64,000 bases of DNA from Laetmonice hystrix (Eukaryota): contig OZ249436.1 in NCBI GenBank assembly GCA_965235115.1, forward strand, positions 45,138,001 to 45,202,000, given 5' to 3'. Made by a program: the position numbers and the translations under genes. Below are positions 59,901 to 64,000 of this stretch, in pieces. Below the pieces are notes generated by a model. That model had not been told where the DNA came from, made no database searches, and saw only the letters and a program-made list of their open reading frames with translations. Position 1 is the first letter of the stretch. Each line of letters opens with the position of its first letter.

Positions 59901-62900
59901 TAAGGCAGAGTGTGATTTCTGTAGCTGTGTTAGTGGCTCACTAAGGCAGAGTGTGATTTCTGTAGCTGTGTTAGTGGATCACTAAGGCAGAGTGTGATTT
60001 CTGTAGCTGTATTTTTCTTTTGAAATGCACGGGCATCAGGGGTAACCCAATTACTTTGACAATGTCCCTAAAGAGAAAAGTTGTATAGTCCTCTACAGGA
60101 ATCGAACCCCGGCCCCAAGATTACTGCACCCATTCGCATAGCATAAGGTATCGACGCCCATGCCCACTCGGCCACCGCGTTAGTGGATCAGTGGACCATA
60201 TTGACAGTCGAGTCAGGTTTTTCCCCTGGCAACAAGACGTCAAGTTATATTTTTAATATACTGGCAATACATTAATGAGAGAACCTATACTTCTAGAGTC
60301 TTCTCTTTCACAGTTCCCTTCATGTCCATGTTCGTGTAAGTTGATGAATTGTCAGATTTTATTTCTAACTTTCCTTCCGATTAATTAAGAGCTATAAAAG
60401 GCAGTCAAGAGTAGATCCGATGTTTATAAAGGTTGTTGCTGTTGTTGTTGCAGTCTTTCTTCCACACCATGCTACAGAACAGTAAGTTCTGTACAACAAT
60501 GGTAAATAACAACCTCCACCTTACCAACTGGCGCCGGAAACAGGGCTGTAAGTGTCAGTACAAACATATCGTCGACTGGTGTGGCTGCTCACCCAACGAC
60601 TTCCTACCCTCCGACCTGGAGAAGTTACTTGTAAGTACAGCCTGGAGGGGCAACCTATGGAAAAACAGAACTCCAGGGGGTGGGGGGGGGGTCAGACACG
60701 GAAAAACTTCACACTGCCAGGTTTATTTTGTCACTGTGAGAATAAACATCGGAACAATATTGCAGTATGAGTAATATAAAATGTTTAACTCGCAAATATT
60801 TCAATCTTAATAAATATTACGGTGGAATAACCCCCCCCCCCCCCCCCGGTAATCGCTAGTGAATCAAGTTGTTTACTCACTCCTACGATAGACTTATGAT
60901 ATAGATACATTGTGATTGTTTATGGCCTAGCTATTTTTCTGTTTGTCTGCATGCGATAAGACCATTCAATATTTACTGAAATTAATCCAAGGGTTTAAAC
61001 GAATTACTCAAATTATCTTAACGTTTTTGTTGTTGTATGTCTATGTTAACATGCATGTTGTTTGATACATGTATATGTGTGTAGCTTTTTGTACATTATC
61101 GGTAAGACAATCTTTTTCTGAAATCTGACTCTTAAACATGCTAGTTTTTTTTGGCGTGAATCTTTATTAGTACAGATAATTGAGATACTATAGAACATAT
61201 TAGATAGATATGATAGAATCTTTCTTTATGTAGTAAACTTGATATTATTTAACATTTCCATTGAAACACACCATGTGGACAAACCGGTGTGTAATACAAA
61301 ACCGGGAAAATTGTGACTGGCCAGCACTTTCTAAAAGTTATCTTTGTCCTCCTCCATATTGTCACTTATTGTAGAAAGCGAGCAGAGCAAATGCGGTTTG
61401 TACCAAACAAGATTTTCCTCTTGATGTTTCTTACTTCTTTCACTGCCAAACTCCACTGCCGTGAAAAGTCCTGACCAAATGTTTGTGTAATCAGCGCTCC
61501 GATTGGCCAGTTGTCGTCATCTCCCATGGCAACCTGTCCGTTCTAAGAGCACCTGTTGTCATGTAGACGTGACGGTGCTAACTGTGCACAATCACCCACG
61601 CATGGTGTACCCACAAATCGGATTCTTAGGCTTGTCTGTCTGAAAACGGATTCAATATTGATTTCTGAGGCCCGCTGTAGTGTGTACACGCTTTTTCTGG
61701 TCAGTAACTAACCAGGTATAATTGTAGACCCTACGTACCGTACTTTGTGGTCTATAATAGTTTAAGATGCTGCGTCCTGCGTCCTGTACAGCGTCTTATA
61801 GTCTGCAAAGTACGATAGATAATGCAGCAATGAGAATTCGGAAGGAAACCAATGCGAATTATTATATAATTTCATATAATAACGTACCGGTAGCAACTCT
61901 GTGAAGAGTCCACAACCACGGAAACTAGGACTTTCTTGGAATCAGCTAACCACTTTTAATCCTGGATAATCTGCGCTAAAACTAATAAACTCATCGGACA
62001 CTGCCACATTACATTCTCTGCTTAATTTCTCTTGGCATTTTGGTACATAAAATAATGGGTAGACCACTAGATGTCGCTTCACTATCTCACTCTTGAAACT
62101 TGCGTAATTGCTGAAATATTAGACTATAACGGGTACGTAGTGGATAACCCAATTTTACTGGATCGAAATGTTTAATAATACACTGTATAAGTATTGTTAT
62201 TAATAGCAGAGGAATTGGAAAGGTCGTGTTTCTAGCACGAACCGTTCACCGTAATTCCCGTGTAGTATCTCATCCATACTGTTTTAATTTCTCTCAGAAA
62301 AACTACGCCAAAGTTACCAAGGTAACGGTTTTATTTCACAAGGCCTGGCGGTTATTAGAAGGTGGACACGCAGGCAGGGATAAACTGCTTGTTTTGGTGG
62401 ACGGGTGTGGGTGAAAACAACTCACAGATTGAGTTCAACAATATGGTGTCACGCACATTCTGATATCGTCCCAGGCAGGGACACATATTGTCAGGCCTAA
62501 AATCATATGTCTACAAAGTTGGTTGATTTTCTTTTCTAATGTAAATATAATATGCCATTGATTATGGTACATGATCGATATGATATTTGCATGTGGTTAG
62601 CTGTTTTGTGAACATGAGTCATGTACGAAAGGATTTCATAGCATACAGAGACTGGGAATACATGCCTCAGGTAACATAAACCAGTAAATCATGTTTTTTT
62701 TTTTTAAATCATGTTTTACCTCATGGTAACTTGTATCTTGTAGATCCCCAATCTCCCCCCCCCCCCCAACTACTCTAACAGCATGCATGGCATCAGTACC
62801 TCAGCATGTCGAGGTACATCATGTTATTGTTTTAACATCCTATAAATAGACTTACCAGCATTTTCTAACACAACATGGAATTGGGTATGACCTCCGTCCT

Positions 62901-63902
62901 GACATACGTGTCGACCACCTACATTGGTTTATTGTTTGGGAAGATGCTATTTGAGGGGGAGGGGGGGGGGTCTCTTACTCTTGACAACAATACGTAGGTG
63001 ATTGATTTTTGCAAATGAAAATATGATACATGCCAAGCTGTTCCTAATCATATTAGGTTTTATAATACATAATGTGTACATGTATCACTTATGGACTGGG
63101 TTCTGTGTCCTGGGCATTGTTTCATTCTGAGAATCATTATTATAGAAAAGCTTTTTCTTGTAGTGGTTCAGTTATTTATAGAGTTTCTCCTAAGTCGTTA
63201 TAAATACACAATGTAATGAACTGTATTTCTGTGTAACTTTTCCTGAGAACTACCTTGCATACCCTTGTTGTCCGTAAGAACCTATCCTCCGTCCGTGCTC
63301 CGTCAGCAGGCGTGGCGCCCCCTGTCGGAGCTCACTGGGTCACGTGACTACTCTCTGTTTCCAGGGTAACGAGGACAGACCTGTGTATTTCGCCCGTAAG
63401 TTTGAGGCGATCATTAATCTGGAGGTTATCAATGAAGTGGATGCCTATCTCTATGGAAATTACCCTGAAGGTGGGTTAGACGACTCATCGCCGCTTCCTG
63501 CTCTCAGTAACATACTCACACTGGAGAAAAGTGTTCAGCAACCTATATGCACTTTTGATTACTGTCTTGAATAATTAGTCCCGTGGGATTTTTTAAAACC
63601 AGTATTTAGGTATGGCCAAAAGGAGATATAATAGCCATACTGTGGATATTACACGATAGTTACGTCATTTCAAGAGTGTGGATTGTCTAGAAGAAATCAG
63701 TTTCTGATCAGATGTGAAACTCATTCTCTGTGCAGACACGCTGGGGCTGACGTCATACTGGCAGAACGACTACCATCACGCTGACGTCACAACGCCCGTC
63801 GATGACGCGGCTATGACGTTTTATCAGACGTTTGCCTCGCTGAGCGCCATACAAACCAAGAAACTACTTGGATTACCGGGTTGTACTTTCACACCTTCAA
63901 AG
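29992..63902 (+). CDS. oxt: Protein xylosyltransferase (GT14, oxt/XYLT) with WSC domain, 3'-partial. Exons 29992-30204, 40984-41344, 41566-41694, 54799-54966, 57029-57201, 58097-58299, 59215-59295, 59537-59753, 60454-60630, 63365-63470, 63736-63902
   Basis: Type II TM anchor [52 protein letters not shown] domain YMGCFKD...[11 protein letters not shown]...CGG; catalytic-region motifs [25 protein letters not shown]...[69 protein letters not shown]. Confidence 0.96.
30613..31276. mobile_element. MITE with 25-bp terminal inverted repeats
   Basis: taacgtcacaggaccctaattcgcc ... ggcgaattagggtcctgtgacgtta; extra subterminal ccctaattcgcc copies. Confidence 0.8.
35125..35835. repeat. About 38-bp C-rich minisatellite with a higher-order period near 405 bp
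   Basis: Unit cccaaggcccaaaccgaacccaagccccaaacctcggt; block cttggccc...ccttatccgtatccg recurs at about 35352 and 35757. Confidence 0.9.
37077..37746. repeat. 67-bp minisatellite, 10 copies
   Basis: Unit tgaggagaacttttgtgagtgtaggcgccggctagggtgacccgtgctcagatgtgtacccccagcc. Confidence 0.95.
37974..38179 (+). mobile_element. Short dispersed element with subterminal inverted repeats and GGGTTA/GGGATA core, inserted in a gcgtactgcca repeat
   Basis: cccatgataactttccacgaaat ... atttcgtggggtttaagttatcatggg; the gcgtactgcc-like repeat resumes on both sides. Confidence 0.75.
38761..38886. mobile_element. PIF/Harbinger-like palindromic MITE (126 bp)
   Basis: CTG|ggcccggttcacaaacaaagtcaagtcaattttaatt ... 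aattaaaattgacttgactttgtttatgaaccgggcc|CTG (3-bp TSD). Confidence 0.85.
39377..40886. repeat. 29-bp minisatellite, about 52 copies
   Basis: Unit gccgggttcaggactatagccagggtggt. Confidence 0.97.
41664..43072 (+). repeat. About 93-bp tandem repeat, 15 copies, spanning a splice donor
   Basis: cctctacttctgtctgcgggcag|gtgagtttattcatcctgtatgg recurs with GT at 41695, 41781, 41876, 41967, 42060 ... 42988. Confidence 0.95.
43260..44010. repeat. 34-bp minisatellite, about 21 copies
   Basis: Unit ctagctctagggtcagtacattcttgggtcatac. Confidence 0.95.
44856..46971. repeat. 54-bp minisatellite, about 39 copies
   Basis: Unit ctgggagatgatggactgaccgtttgagttcagttgttgtctactgttgacagt. Confidence 0.97.
47072..47335. 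mobile_element. MITE with TTA target-site duplication
   Basis: TTA|ggagcggaccattt ... aaatggtccgcccc|TTA; internal poly-G run. Confidence 0.75.
48121..48623. repeat. About 42-bp C-rich minisatellite, about 11 copies
   Basis: Unit cctgcaggcccaaactcccttccccaggctcgagagtcccga. Confidence 0.9.
49120..50385. repeat. 44-60 bp G-rich minisatellite inside a dispersed element (element about 49041-50456)
   Basis: Core ttatgtttctgtggaggtctggggaccgggagtaggggtcaggg with optional ttatgttttggg insert. Confidence 0.93.
50894..52155. repeat. 27-bp G-rich minisatellite, about 46 copies
   Basis: Unit gatctggggtcagccagagagggttgt. Confidence 0.95.
52790..52980 (+). mobile_element. Degenerate 3' end of a CR1/L2-type LINE ORF2
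   Basis: [52 protein letters not shown] resembles the NTR...P......S....GPK.WN.L...I....S...FK..L tail of CR1/L2 ORF2 (recognised by eye). Confidence 0.55.
54961..56228 (+). repeat. 27-bp minisatellite, about 47 copies, spanning a splice donor
   Basis: Unit ggca|gtaagataatagatactactctc; the first copy is the donor of exon 54799-54966. Confidence 0.97.
56263..56495. mobile_element. PIF/Harbinger-like MITE with TIRs of about 60 bp
   Basis: agggccctgtccactgagcttgcggccgtgcgatt ... aatcgcacggccgcaagctcagtggacaaggccct. Confidence 0.82.
56563..56972. repeat. 17-bp C-rich repeat; G-quadruplex-prone on the minus strand
   Basis: Unit tgccccatcccccgccc; ends about 55 nt before the acceptor at 57029. 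Confidence 0.9.
57667..57750 (+). pseudogene. Diverged duplicate of the first 84 nt of xylosyltransferase exon 58097-58299
   Basis: [28 protein letters not shown] versus [28 protein letters not shown]; preceded by AG. Confidence 0.88.
57765..58093. repeat. Short tandem repeat of variable tgattggttgtgt(tatgatt) units running up to the acceptor at 58097
   Basis: Repeated tttgattggttgtg; the last copy ends tgattggcag|. Confidence 0.9.
58482..58950. repeat. About 60-bp minisatellite, about 8 copies
   Basis: Unit ggggatatatcacctattgctgccttatgttataccggtatatgaaggttgatatataattt. Confidence 0.92.
59796..60010. repeat. 41-bp minisatellite, 5 copies plus an interrupted one
   Basis: Unit ctgtagctgtgttagtggctcactaaggcagagtgtgattt. 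Confidence 0.93.
60011..60178 (-). mobile_element. tRNA-derived SINE-like insertion (about 170 bp)
   Basis: Minus strand has Pol III A box TGGCCGAGTGG, B box GGTTCGATTCC and A-rich tail caaaagaaaaa; no pairing acceptor stem. Confidence 0.7.
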
Positions 63903-64000
63903 GTTGGCGGTGTTCACAAACTCTCCCTCTCAACACATATGTACGATATGAAGAATGATTAATAGATGAGAGTGCTGCTACTGCTGCCACCTGTTGTTTC

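Noticed and set aside
60090..60178. Functional tRNA gene
   Set aside because: A and B boxes are present but the acceptor and anticodon stems do not pair and an A-tailed body follows, so it was called SINE-like.

Overview
Animal genomic DNA; the WSC-domain xylosyltransferase suggests an invertebrate (inference). Four intron-rich genes were rebuilt by hand from GT/AG sites and codon phase: (1) the 3' part of mitochondrial Rho GTPase Miro (+, 184-7629); (2) complete RPS15A (-, CDS 12114-14000, TCT-type promoter near 14725); (3) a divergently transcribed HEAT-repeat protein of about 1066 aa (+, 14883-28877, 26 exons); (4) the 5' part of a WSC-domain protein xylosyltransferase (+, 29992 to beyond 63902). 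Introns hold several MITEs, a tRNA-derived SINE, a LINE remnant and about 15 minisatellite arrays. The most unusual signal is that three arrays are tandem amplifications of the genes' own exon-intron junctions: one acceptor (about 32 copies) and two donors (15 and about 47 copies). One donor array is stop-free and in phase for about 29 units, so it could add a variable Ser/Thr-rich stem to the xylosyltransferase. A partial exon duplicate, candidate Miro cassette exons and a 15-nt microexon were also seen. Copy numbers are hand estimates. No CRISPR, rRNA or intact tRNA was found.
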